From assembly GCA_026770705.1 (NCBI GenBank), contig JANJGN010000041.1, positions 5,394,001-5,458,000 on the forward strand: a stretch of 64,000 bases of DNA. The letters are read 5' to 3'. Below, one piece after another: positions 51,613 through 64,000 of this stretch (within the stretch, counting starts at the first letter, position 1; the number at the start of each line of letters is the position of its first letter). This DNA is from Isurus oxyrinchus (lineage: Eukaryota). The position numbers and the translations under genes were made by a program. The notes beneath the pieces are model-generated. The model saw only the letters and a list, made by a program, of their open reading frames with translations. It ran no database searches and was not told the origin of the DNA.

Positions 51613-52770
51613 TATATTATCACCTGGACCGGATAGGTAAATATTTGTAATTTTAACACGTTTTCTGTTTGTTAAATATTTGCCTCGAAACGGGACTGAG
51701 CTGTCACAATTAACTCTCCTCCCTGGCACCGTTCAACAAGGTCCGTGGAATGAGCTGAATATAAAGCAGCAGCTCACTCACTCTCTGAGGGGGCAAAGCA
51801 CAAACTACCAATGCTAACTATCATATTCAATCATTTTAATTTTTCAATTACATATGGACGTTCTCTGAGCCGAATAAATATAAGCAGGTGAATATACGAA
51901 CTCAAATATTTGATAATTAGAACGAGGCTATGAACGTTTTGTCATTCAGGGGACGTGAGTGTCGCTGCATCTGCCATCAGATTTTATTGTCAAGCACTAT
52001 ATACCATTGAGAGTCTGTTGGTCAGCCTCCTTCCTGACCACTGCAGTCCATATTATTTATGTACAACGGACGTGCTGTTCAGGAATGTGTATTCAAGGGC
52101 CTGGAAGATGTCCCTGGTGTTCAGCATCAGAAACTGTTTTATTCATCGTGTCCCATTCTCTGTAGCTAGGCCCAGTGAGTTATTCACAATTTTATGAGTT
52201 CACGCAGAGATTCAGCCTCCTCCACCCCTCTAGTCCCTATGTACACTTCCCTCCACCAGCACACCGTCCTGAAATACCCCAATTTCCTTCCGCACACCGG
52301 TGCCTCATGTACTTCCGAAACTGTTCCCCATTTCCTTTCCAACCTGCACCGCTTTTCATTTCCTCTAACCAGACCCTCGACCGAAATGTTCCCTCACTGC
52401 TTCAGGTTAAATGGGCTAGTTGGACCGAATGGCCTGTTGTGACGAAATCACTACGAATGTCCCTATTACAAAGTACTCCAGTGGTGGGCATTGGCTGGAG
52501 ACGAAAGTCAACTCATTTTTACAGGAGAGGGTAAAAATGTTGAAGTTGTCCAAAATGCACTGTGTCTACAATTCTTTGCATGTTGACCAGCTGAGCTTTG
52601 GTTACCATGGATATTTGGAGCACTTTGCCAATTTGTTTAATATTTGCTTGTAACACGGATCTGACCAGGTTAGGCAGTTGCCATCCTGCCTGCCTGTATT
52701 GAACAAGGTGTGACGATCTGGAATTAATGACAAACCCCAGGATGGGATCCAGCTGCTCACTGCCAGTGTG

Positions 52771-53304
52771 TGTTGTCAATACACAGACCGCCCACTCTTG
52801 AGTCTCCTAATTTTGCTTTTTGCAATCGATACACACGGCGGGCTGGTGCTATGCTAACTTTGACCAATGGACGACAGGCGGCTCAGGTACCGGTCACGAT
52901 CATTTATTCCAGTAATTGCGAGGACAGAAGCATCTCTAGGCATCATGCACTAACATGCAGTCAAACTGCAATCATGCAGCGTATTTTATACATTGCTGAT
53001 CCCGTACAAGAAGAATATTCAAATCCCCTTCTTGTCAGAATATATGTTATGTCATACATGCTCTTTGACACCGGCAGACAACTCACCCCTATCCTGGCTG
53101 GGACCAACTTTAGTTTCCTTTTCGGTTGAAAGGATCACTTCATCTATGTTGTTGTCAGCCTCTGCCTCCAATCAGGATCCCAAAGCCTTACTGTTTTTTG
53201 CAGGCTCTAAGACTTTGCAATATTCATCTGGTAACTTTAACTGTTAATGTGCTAGATAGCACCGGATGCATGACGTATTCAAATAATCATTCACTTTCAA
53301 TACA
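52771..53304 (-). mobile_element. 3' LTR of an env-bearing retroelement
   Basis: On the minus strand: purine tract (..GCAGGAAGAA), then TGTA start at 53304, TATAAAA (52984-52990), AATAAA (52903-52908) and ..CAACA end at 52771; directly downstream of env. Confidence 0.6.
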
Positions 53305-53499
53305 TTCTTCCTGCATGACCCCTAAGAATCACCAATACTGGGTCGTTGCCTAGCCCGGATTCGACAAATACATTTGTACTGTCCGTCCCTTTATGTACCA
53401 ACACACATTGATACTGGCCACTAATACAGCTTTGCATTAAAAATTTTGACGGTCAGGTCGGCTGTATCATCTGGTCCTTCACTTGAGGTCTCAGATTTG

Positions 53500-54778
53500 T
53501 TAAACTTCTTCTCCCCCTTTTACATGCCTCCAGCTCCTCTTCTGTGACCCTCAGTCACGATGAATCAGGTAGGTAAAATATATAATAGTTATCAGCTGAA
53601 TCAGAACCAGTGCATGGGAAATAATCCAAATACACGGGTGCATTTGTACATTGGAGCCTCAATTCCACCGTTACGGTGAGGAGGAATCTACTTGCTCGAT
53701 ATCCTCTTTTGACACTCTAACCTGTTTACAGTAAGTTCAATACATCTGCAGAGCTTGTCTCCGAATCGGGGTTAGGTGCTCTGGCAGTTAATATATTATC
53801 ATATGAGAACTGATTCAAATACCCTACCGGGTTATCGTTATGGCTTTCCATGACCTGGGTATTAGTCCATCCTCTCTTGTATATTTAGAGCAGTTGTACA
53901 TTTCCCAGGCTTGCCGGCACCTGCGGGTGTAGGGACAACAATTGATTATGGATGGATCACATCAAGTTACCCCAATACTGGATCATTTGCTGCCACGCAG
54001 TGATACAATATCTCCTATTCCCCATGTATGCAACATGGGTCGGTTTTTTTGCAGCCCATGCAGTTTCCATTATACAATTTGCTGCTGCTTTGAATTCACA
54101 CTTTGTTTCTTCCATCTCATATATTGGATGAGCACATACAAATGCTGTGCTTTCGAAACCGCGCCCTTCTAATATTGTGCTAACTATATTCCCTTGTATG
54201 TCAACTGCTTATGGCAGAATGTCATGTTGCCTAACATAATAGTTTCCCCACATCACCCTAACATGTTCGGCTCAATACAATGTTCTGCTGGGTGTTGACG
54301 TAGGTATAACAGGTATCACTAAGTCAATGCCAATTAGCATGTTACAATTCACAATGCATTCAACATTCTTTCTACATACACGTGTTAAACCTCTGAGCTG
54401 GCACACAGCCAAGTCATGATTTCTATGTCGTGGATGGTTAAATAAAAGTTCATTGGTTGCCCATGATGCAACTCCATCTTCATTATTCTCTTAAATTCAG
54501 TCGGGCTTGTTCCAGTGTACAGGGTCCATTGGTCCTGCAGACATAACTACTGTTTGCTTAACCTGAAATATGTATTCCTTTACTGTTAAATTTATTGATA
54601 GACCACGCATGACCTTCGAGCAAGTTAGCCATGTTATGAATTAACTGTTTCATGTCATGGCCTGTATTAAATTGGATGTCGTGAAATCCATGTCCCCGCT
54701 TAAAATTTCCTTTAGCTGGGAGATCAAGGATTGGACAATTTTGTCAACAGTTTACAGGTCAGTGGACTTAACACAGAA
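53500..54778 (-). mobile_element. env: Decayed retroviral-type envelope gene with paramyxovirus F-like ectodomain and C-terminal TM helix
   Basis: 'STDL*TVDKIVQSLISQLKEIL' (heptad) ... 'LVIPVIP..TLY*AEHV..GNYYVRQHDILP*AVDIQGNIVSTILEGRGFESTAFVCAHPIYEMEETKCEFKAAANCIME..VAYMGNRRYCIT' ... 'HPCIWIISHALVLIQLITIIYFTYLI' (TM); 5' end cut by a CR1. Confidence 0.72.
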
Positions 54779-54789
54779 GCTTCCCCACT

Positions 54790-56100
54790 GAAGCATTCTG
54801 AAGTTTCTATCCATTTGAGTAATAAGGCGGTATTATTCTTCCAACCAAAATGCATAAACTCACTATTCTCAATATTAAACAACATCTAGCAAATGTTGTC
54901 CCATTCACCTTACTTGTCCATATCCATTTGTAAATATCTTATATCTTCATTACAACTTATTCCCCACCTATTTTGGAATTATCTGTAATTTTAGCTATTG
55001 TACATTCTATCCCTCAACCAAAGTCATTCATAACGATTATGAATAGTTGGGCCCTAGGACCGAACCCATTGGAAACCCAATAATTACAGCTGGTGTTCGG
55101 GAAAAAAAGAACCATTTACCCAAACTCCTTTCTTTCTGTTGGTTAGCCAATCCTCTCTCCAAGCTAATATAATACCCATGACTCCATGTGATGTACCTTG
55201 TGAATTAATCTTTTGTGCAGCTTCTTTTCAAAGGCCTTCTGCAGCGCAGAAACACAACATCCACAGTATCTCCATTATCCACTTTGTTTGTCACATGTTC
55301 CAAAAAACTGTAGCAAATTACCCAAACACGAGTTAATTTCATAAAAAAATGCTGACTCTGTTGGACTTTATTTCGACGTTCCAAATGCCCCGTTAGTAAT
55401 TCCTTAATAACGGTTTCCAACAATTTCTAAACGATAGATATTAAACTGGTTTAGAGTTTCCTAATTTCTGCCTCCCCCAATCCTTCTGAATAAGGTCATT
55501 ATATTAATATTGTTCCAATCCAGTGCAACCTTTTTGGAATCCAGAGAATTTTGGAACGTAATTACCAATGCATTCACTATTTCTGCTGCCACATCCTTTA
55601 CGACCACTGGATTTAGGTCAACAGGTCCTGGGGACTTGTCACCCTTTAATCCAAAATGTTTGCTCAGTACGTTTTCTCTAGTTATGGTCATTGTTCTAGG
55701 TTCCTGCATCTCTATTCCCTCTGCTCTGCCTGTTACGATTGGTGTGGCAGTAGTTTCCTCCGCCGTGAAAATTGAGGCAATATATTGAGACTAAACATAT
55801 AGTGCCTTTTCTATGTTCCCCACTGTTAACTCTCCAGTCCTACCATCCAACTGACCAACATTCGCGTTTGCTACACTATTTATTTTTATATACTTTTGGA
55901 AGAATTTGATATCACGTTTTTAATTTTGCGCTAGTTTACTTTCATAGTTTTCCTTTGTTATTTTTATTAACTCTTTGTTCGTCTTTATAATGTTCCAAAT
56001 CTTCCTGCTTGTCACTTTCCTTTTCCACTTGGGATGCCTTAATTTTGGATTTTGTGTTGCCTTTAACTTCCTTGCTTAGCCCTGAAAGATTTTTTTCCCA
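54790..56100 (-). mobile_element. CR1 LINE ORF2 (RT) fragment
   Basis: 'KGDKSPGPVDLNPVVVKDVAAEIVNALVITFQNSLDS..DW' and 'SQHFFMK..FLEHVTNKVDNGDTVDVVFL'. Confidence 0.92.
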
Positions 56101-56635
56101 CTCTTACCATCATTCTTCCTCATTGGAACGATTGTTCTCTTTATTTTTGCGATTTGGCCAAGGCATTTTTGATAATGGTATTTGCACACATTTTTGTGAC
56201 TGAATGTGCTGTACAGGTTGGTTATTGTTTTACATAATTAGTCTGATCGTTTTAAACCGAGTAGGGATGAAATGTACCCTTGGCTCCTGCTATGCTGAAT
56301 CAGTTTTGATTTGTTTTCCCCAATGTTTTTCTCTTCCCGGTAAATTAGTGATGCTTTTGTTCCTGACACGAAGAAATTGTTATCCCTCAAATTGTATTAT
56401 TTGCTACCAGAATTGAATGGCAGATACCGAATTCCTGGACGTCATATATGTTCCGAAATTAAGGGGAATTTGTCAGGCGAAATTCCCAGATTTATTTGTG
56501 TGCAATATTGGCATTCATTGTGTTTCTCTCTTTCTGTTTAAATAACAATCACATTTTTTGCATCACGGTCGCATTTATCAATGATCCGTCAGCGGATATT
56601 TATTGCAAGAAGCATTTCTACCCTTCATGATCTTA

Positions 56636-56925
56636 TCTTTCTATCCATCTATCCATCCACTCATCTATCTATCTATCCATTTATCTATCTATCTATGTAT
56701 TTATCTATCTATCTATCTTCTCCATATCTATCAACCTATCAATACATTTCACTCTCATACTCTCTTGCTCTTTCATTCACACGCTCCATTTCTTGCTCGT
56801 TCTGTCTCGCTCTCTCTCTCTCTCCCGTGTACAACTCTCTTTTCTAATCAGTGTATCCAGTTGGATATCTGTCTATCTGTGCATCTATATGTCTGCCTAT
56901 CTGTCTGTTGGTCTGCCTGTCTAAC
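56636..56925. repeat. (TATC)n/(CT)n/(CTGT)n microsatellite complex
   Basis: Directly visible. Confidence 0.9.
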
Positions 56926-57375
56926 TATCATGATGATTGATTCTCCCGGGACTTCACCATGTGAGTACGTGGCAAAAAAAAAGTGGCAGTCTGTTATCAC
57001 TTGTGACATTAGATCAAGTCAATATTTGCACAATCGATTGCCAAATGCTGCATACAATGCTCGTTCAGGTGGAATTAATTAACTTTGCACTCTCTTCCTT
57101 GTCTTTAGGTCGCTTGACTCAGTTCTCCACAAATGCCTAAATCATTGGATGATTCCTCTATTTCGTTGTGCCAAAGGTTTTCTTATTTCGTTCAGAATCA
57201 TGTTTTCAAATATATCCTTTCCTGTGGCGGGGATGTTGTTAGATGGACCACAAGTTATTGCCAGATCCAAATTGCCCTTGAAAAGGCGGAGGTGCCCTAC
57301 ATTCCATAAATTGTATATTTCATCTGATTGACGTCAGTGGCATTCCCTCAGTACCTAGAAAAAAGTTCGTCAGGC

Positions 57376-58950
57376 TCAGTGTGAATTCAGATGACTGAGG
57401 AGTCCCATTCTGGAGCTACATGTTCTTGATAAAGACGGGCACGTTTTTTTGTGCTGAAGAGTTGAAATCAAAGGCCAAGGTTGGTTCACTTCTCCATGCT
57501 GTGCCTTGGCCGTTCCACCACTCTTGAGCCGCTGAGACTCGAAGCGGTTTTCGATTTGATGCACTGGATGATTCAGGCCGAGTGATCAGCAGCATTCTGC
57601 TCCCGCCCCCTGGTTTTAACACATCCGTGCATTAGGAAAAACTGGAGATTATACAAACAACGTTCTCTTTGACCGCCCTTTGGACGAGGACTGCTAAGAG
57701 GTAGATGCAAGTATGGAAACGCAACCCTTTCCTGAAACATGTGCCCTACAACCGCCAGATGTCTGCTGCATTTGTACAGGATTTTGGCTGGGTGCCTATA
57801 GGCATCAGAGCCTTGCCAAGTCACCAATCCTCCATGCCTACAGGGCTTTTCACCTGAAGCATGGTTGTAAACCCATATGTTAGTACCAGGATTCCGGTGT
57901 GCCGTGTCTATTCTTCAAACGATGCAGGCACACCGGGATGCTTTTAGCAATGTAGTGTCAGGGTCCCATGTACTGGGATCCAACTTGCAATCTCTGAGCT
58001 TAGTTTTCAGATTTCAGACATCCTCTAGTGGAGCTTACTGTGCTCACCGAGTGTGGCGTGTTTCTACGTACGCATTTTCCAGATGAACAGCATGACCTAG
58101 CCAGGGAACCGGGGCTCTAACGAACATACTTTTGATATCAGGCTTGCTGCACTTTGCAAGTTCATTGGTTTTGCGGATTCTCTCCTGCCAGGAACCGTTG
58201 GAAATTCTTCACAGACAGTGATGTTTGAAAGTTTTCATTAGCTTTCTATGTGGCCGAAAGGTTATGCAAGTCTCGCAATAATATAGAAGTGATATAATAA
58301 AAACTGCCTTGAAGGGCTTGATCTTCCATCTGAGGGAAGATTCCATGTTCTCTTTGCCGAAGTCAGTGAGTGAATGCTGTCAAGTGCCGAGCTTGTTTTT
58401 GTCAGTTGGTGTGTAATTTGCCCATCCAGTTAGTGGCCTTGGAGTCCATGTGGCCAAGTGAGAAAAACGTGCGTAATGAACAACGTGGTGCATTGCTCAA
58501 AGCGGCTGTGGTATCTTGGAGCACGTGACCAGCAACGGTTTAATGCAGCATCTCTATCCTTAGTTATATTGTCAAACGAAAGCATTCTGTGTTTCCCGCA
58601 ACGCCCTGAGCACACAGCTGAATGTCTCTGGATACTGACGTTATGAGAGCGCATTTTTCCACGAATACGACTTCCCTCTGTAGCTGCCCAGCAGCCTCTG
58701 TGCAAGGTTTTATTCTTGGCTCATTCAAAAGGCTGCCGGTGGTCCTGAAATGAATCGATAATACTTTGTCAAGTTGTTTGAGTCCATGCTTGGACAAAGA
58801 CCTACAAATATATGACAAACAGAGCTGGTGATATTAAACAGCATTATTTGGCACTGCAAGTGATATGCAAAGGGTTCACACAGATCAAACAGTTTGTATC
58901 CCTCTGATCATGACGCCTTCATCATAGAGCGAATGACACTGACCATCTGT
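57376..58950 (-). mobile_element. RTE-clade (BovB-like) LINE ORF C-terminal half
   Basis: Terminal 'TCPSLSRTCSSRMGLLSHLNSH*' (RTE C2H2-type end 'CxxCxRxCxSRIGLxSH'), 'PRPKGGQRER', and RT 'IHFRTTGSLLN'. Confidence 0.82.
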
Positions 58951-60369
58951 TCAGTGCTGTCTCATATTCCTGGCTGTATTGGATAGTTTATTGACCAAGA
59001 AGGGAGTCTAGGTTGTGTTTTGTGAGGGAGTTGGACGAGGGGGCGGATATACGGCGCTGGTTGGGGAAGAACAGGCAGGAGAGCGGGTCTGAGGACACAA
59101 TCAGAAAAACCATGATCTTTCCGAATTACAGGACAGGCTCAAGGGGCTAAATGACCTACTGAACTTTACTATTCTGTTTTTGGTGTTTGGTTGAAATGCA
59201 GCCCACACCAAAGGTGGAGGAGCCATCGATTTTGGTTCATTGTAATCAGTGTATCTATCTTCTAATGATTGTCTGCAGACTAGATTTGAGGGCCAAGACT
59301 AAAATGTTCAGCGCGGAATGCCGTCCCAGCGATGCACTCTATATATCCGATTGTTTTATTCAAGTAATTGTTTTTCATTCAGTTGAATCATCACTCTGGT
59401 TGGACTATGTGAGTGGGTGAGCAAGAGGATTGGATGACTCGGTGAATTGTTACTGGGGCTGTATGGGGTCGGAATGCCTTGAAAGCATTATGTTGAAATA
59501 TGTTGTTTGAGAAAACAAAGGCCTTCTTCATACAGTATTTATTGAACATCAAGTCACCACCAACACCAACCTTCCAGGTTAAACGTTTGCAGTTATAATT
59601 TCCAGGCAGAATGGTGCAAAGTTATGTGCAATGGAAAAGAATTTCGGTCAAGTCACTGACGGAAGTGTCAGTGCTAGAGGAATCCATGGAAAGATCTGGG
59701 AAGCGTATGAGTTCCCTCTGGAAGTTTAAATGTCACAGACAAACATCACACATGTGCCCTGCTGGAAGATAAAATTTGTCCCGAAAAACATGACAGTGGT
59801 GAACATTTGAAATTTCCCGCACTACCTCTCCTGACAGTTGAGGCCGATTGAGTTTCCTCGAATCATTTTGAGCTACATTAGTAAAGATTAGATTTCCAAT
59901 ATCCCTCCGTGGGTCAAGCATTTCCCACCGTGATTATCCACTATGGGATCTACCAGCTGCTCGTTAAAATATAGCCCCTTCAATTGTATTGACCACAAAC
60001 ATCATTCGAATGTTCGATGTTTCATTTCGAAACGGTTCCTTTTTGAAACAGAGCGACTGACGTAACCTGTTTGTTCAGTGACTAAAACTAATTGATTTCT
60101 TTAGGGGACATGAATGCTCTAATGGGGATTGATCTGCTGCTTATATAACAGTTTCGCTGAATGTCAAGTTTCATGTTTTGCAACAGGCTCTGTGTATCGG
60201 TTTCAACGTGAGTTAGCTCCTCTTACAGTGAATATAATTTGTTGTACTTCATAAGATCCATTTTCAAACCCATACTCGAAGCTGTCATTTTCCGATGTAC
60301 GTTTATGAACATGCTCTCGGATTAACAATATCAATTTCTGTTCTTCTTTCGATTCATAGATGAGAGAAA

Positions 60370-60620
60370 TGCAGGCATGGCGAGCATTTATTGCCCATCT
60401 TTAATTCAACTTGTGAAGTGGGTGGTGAGCTGCTGCAATCTTTGTGGTGTAGTTACATCCACAGTATTATTAGGGGGAAATCCATTAATTTGACAAAGAG
60501 ACAATGAAGGAACGGCGATATTTTCCCGAATCAGGATGATGAGTGGCTTGGAGAGGAACATTCAGCGACAGGCGTCCGCATGACCATGCTGACTTTGACT
60601 TTCTAAATGGTAGCGGCCAT
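60370..60620 (-). mobile_element. L2/Crack-type LINE 3' tail
   Basis: GCATTTATTGCCCATC..GGTGGTGAGCTGC..GACAATGAAGGAACGGCGATAT, same family as the 45505 region. Confidence 0.75.
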
Positions 60621-60888
60621 GGGTTTGATTAGTTAACTAAAGGGCTTCATATTGAGTAAAGGGAACAGCTGTTCTCTGTCCCCTGCCAGGAATGATGTCA
60701 TTCTAGTTTTTCCCTGATGCTCTAGAATAATTAATGTGACATCTCCTTCCGAAGCTCCTAGTTTTTAAAGTGTTTCTCCTGTTTTCCTGAGATAAAACTT
60801 AAAGAAGAAGAGGATTTTTACGTTTCAGCTCACACGTTTATTTCTTCTTGTGCACCCATCTCTGTAGGAAAGACATCTCCTTAAAAAG

Positions 60889-60958
60889 ATGGGTGAACTG
60901 ATACTTCACCAGCTAGAAGCCATTTATTATCCTGTTCTCGCGGCTGTTGGGGTTCCTG
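60889..60958 (+). CDS. GPR139-like: Exon 1 of a third GPR139-like GPCR (exon 2 presumably beyond the window)
   Basis: MGELILHQLEAIYYPVLAAVGVP + G|GTAAG; same phase-1 junction and 'Y(Y/F)P.LA..GV' motif as 20706-20880. Confidence 0.8.
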
Positions 60959-63529
60959 GTAAGAGCTTTAATGCAGTCATTACCCGTATAAATGCATGTT
61001 GACGTTCTTCTCAAGTGCTGTTTCTGATAACATGGAATCGTTTCTTTACAGTTGGGGACACATGAATGCAGGGATGTAAGTTTAAACATAACTTTAAAAG
61101 ATTTCTTACTGTTGCTGTATCTTTCACTCAGGCGTCTCCACTGCCAACACCTTATTCATGGAATGTCTTGTAACAGAGTGGGCTCTGCAATAGATATCAT
61201 AATCAAGTGCAAACCGAGTTTGAACTAGTAGAAAACCCAATCTGTGAAAATCTGTGCAGAGGCAATTTATCATTCTGCAAGTTCCTGCTGGAAATACTTG
61301 AATGCTTTGCTAATGCTATTCATCCATTTCCCAATAGTTAAAGGAACAGGAACACTGTCAAATCGCATACTTACTGCCACAGCGATACGTTTACGAATCT
61401 GGATGCAGAGAGGATATCTGGAAGTCTGGGTGAAACAGATTCCGTTTGTGCAGAAGACATTTGGATGTTTTAGTAACCTGTCTATTGAAATGCATGTATT
61501 TCTAGAACCTCCTTTATCGAACTTAATGAATGTATATGAAGTGCAGTCAACGAAGTGACGCAAAAGGTGACAGGCAATTTCTGGTGGAGAAGCTTCTACA
61601 GGCAGCAAGTTTACAATGAGCTGATTATCCGTTTTGTGGGCTTTGGCCGAGGTTCAAATAGTGCTCAGGACACAAGGGGCTACGACAATGTTTTTCTTCG
61701 AAATAGGGGCATGGAAACTTTGAAAATAACTGCGAATCGATTAGTCATGTGTTACGAAAGTTATTATAACCCATAGTGCAGAACTACTTCACTACAGCAA
61801 TGGAGCATTAGCAGGGAATTTTCAGTGAGGGTGCTAACTGAGACATACGTGGTCAGATTTTGGAAACCCTATGCACCCTGAGTAGTAATCTGGTTATCAT
61901 TAATGTGCTCATTTCAATTTCTAGCCCTCCACTTCCTTTTGTTGAAAACCCTGCTTCCAAATCTAACTGATTTACATTGAGGATTAGTGTAAATTGATAT
62001 TAAGCATTGCCGGAATCCCCTGTGGCTTTGGCAAACCCACATTGCCATGTTACATGGTGGCGCTGACAGAGGGACATTGGAGCATAGGAAATTCGAGTAT
62101 GAGTTGACCATTTGGCCGCACGACGGTGCTCCACTACCCAATTATATCATCGCTTAAATTATGCCTCCACGACATTCCTCGCACTATCTCATATCTTTGG
62201 ACGCATTTACTATTGTGAAATCAGTTCATTGACACATTCAACATACTCAATGATTGCCAATCCACGGAGGTTGCAGTACATAATTTCGAACATTTACCCC
62301 TCCCTGAGTGATGAATTCTTCCTAAGACCAGTTCTAAATGCAGACCTCTTATTCTGATATTGCTTTTCAGGGTTTTAGGCACCCCCAACAGGGGAACAAT
62401 CCAGGCAAATCTACACCAACGAAATTTATAAGAACGATGGATGCTTCAGTGAGATCAATTTTCATGTGCCAATGCTCCAGAAAGCAGAAGATGAGTCTCG
62501 TCAATGTCTCCACATAGGACAATCCCAGCGACCTTAATGTAATCCAAGAGGTAATGTGTTGAACATTCCTTGTCGCAGAGCTACAACAGCACCTAATGAA
62601 ATCCACACAAAAGGGGCAAAGTAGATGCTTTACTGGAAGCACGAACATCACCATAAACATTCCACATGAATATTGCAGATTTGGGTAATCGCTGGCTTGG
62701 GGTTACAAATTATTCTTGTGCACAAATCAGCTAACGCTGTTGGTCCACAGTGCCTCGTGAATGCCCTGTTTTGAGTGGTTTATCAAGGTGAATTGTACGC
62801 CATTTAGCACAATGATTGTCTCACAAAATACAATCGAGAGAAGCCCTGATGTGAAGGCGGAATTTGTCTGAACAAGTACCGTGCGGCGGTTATTCCTATT
62901 AATCCTTTAATGAACAGATGCACCTGTGGTGGGTATGTTGGTGGACCGAATTTACATAGAGTTTTGCACCTGCGTTGTTCCCTGATCACCTGCCAAAGAC
63001 CCAGTCTAGCATTTACATTTATGGACTGGCCAGCTCGAAAATTAATGGCTCAACTGATCCTCTCTTGCTCACAGACATCGAGGTCCGCATTGTGAAGCAT
63101 TTTTCTTTCCCTGTCATTCCCCAAAAGATCATCGATCCATCCACTGAGGGGAAAGGGAGGTGGTCAGCAGGAGGGGATATTCTTTGCCCATGTGTTTCAT
63201 GATATCATGAGATTTCATTTAAATACCACGTGCTCTCAAGGATATGAAAAGTGATGCACACTGAAAGTGTTGCAAAATGGTATTTAGGAATCAGTAATAC
63301 AATTGAGCAATACCGAGAAATTCACATGATATTTCACCGTTTAGATCAGACAATTTCACTCAGATGTTTGCTGATGATTCATATGAACTTTAAAAGCTTT
63401 AAGAGGAATTACTCAGATAAGGATAAACATCTTGAATCATTAAATCTACGGAATGATTGCAAATCAAACTGTCTGCTTTGTCTTGGAATAAGTCAATATT
63501 GTTGAATTATATTAGAGCGTAAATCATCC

Positions 63530-63920
63530 AGACAGGTGTAGCATATTCCATCATACGCCTGATCTGAGTATTTAAATGAAGGAAAGGTTTTGGAGAGTCA
63601 GGGGGTGCTTTGCTCACAACAGCATTCTCAGATTCTGACCTGCCCTTCTAGTCACAGTTTCTTGTCAATTGTTTGTCCAAGGATGGTGAAATTGGCTTCT
63701 TAAGCGATGGTGATGTCATTAAAACTCAAGGACATTTTGATGGATACTCCTTCGGTTCAGTTGGTCATTGCCTGTCAATTTTGTGGGATGCAAATTACCT
63801 GTCGAATTTCAGCATAAGTTTGGCTATTGCCCAGGTATGGATGGACATGGGCATGGATGTTATTAGCATAAGTTGTGTCGCGAATGGCGCTGAACTTTGA
63901 ACAATTATCAGCGGACACAA
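63530..63920 (-). mobile_element. L2/Crack-type LINE RT fragment
   Basis: Similar to 46020-46620 (GGTCATTGCCTG.CA.TT.TGTGG; TGAAC.TTGT.CAA.TATCAG). Confidence 0.7.
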
Positions 63921-64000
63921 CCTTCTCCCAGTAGCCCACACCCTACCCACCACACCAAACCTCTTTCTGTGTTTTAAATGGAAATAATTTCATTGATGCA

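Noticed and set aside
56581-57082. Hydrophobic ORFs here and at 25808-26248, 51200-51650 and 13661-13915
   Set aside because: Translations of microsatellite or low-complexity DNA.
56204-57140. Additional GPCR exon remnants ('FSLP G|GTAAAT'; 'TLDQVNICTIDCQ')
   Set aside because: Only a few residues match; compatible with chance.
59733-59960. Ig V-set-like strand 'GNLIFTNVAQNDS' on the minus strand
   Set aside because: No YxC or upstream Cys/Trp could be restored.
61244-61608. Overlapping 104/112-aa ORFs in the presumed GPCR intron
   Set aside because: No recognisable domain or splice context; the faint integrase- or channel-like words are not convincing.

Overview
Repeat-rich vertebrate genomic DNA, very probably from a cartilaginous fish (shark). 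This is inferred from the CR1/HER1-type LINEs, the Penelope-type tails and the two-exon GPR139-like receptors. The only intact gene is a two-exon GPR139/GPR142-like class A GPCR (20706-24847). It belongs to a same-strand cluster that also holds a GPCR pseudogene (~46860-48640) and the first exon of a third paralog (60889-60958). An old tandem duplication (1-~12445 vs 29563-~38557) carries a tightly packed cassette of decayed host-type genes followed by a strict 65-bp repeat. The cassette contains an ankyrin-less UACA-like coiled-coil gene, an unrecognised gene with two CCCH fingers and an OB/cold-shock-like segment, and an intronless SNRNP27 copy. Retroelement fossils include a Gmr1-type Gypsy element (integrase before RT), a probable class III ERV gag remnant, and a decayed envelope gene resembling paramyxovirus F proteins with its PPT and 3' LTR. 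There are also a Harbinger transposase, an RTE LINE, many CR1 and L2/Crack-type fragments, and two identical 62-bp micro-insertions absent from the paralogous sites. All protein assignments come from manual translation and remembered family motifs; no database search was run.
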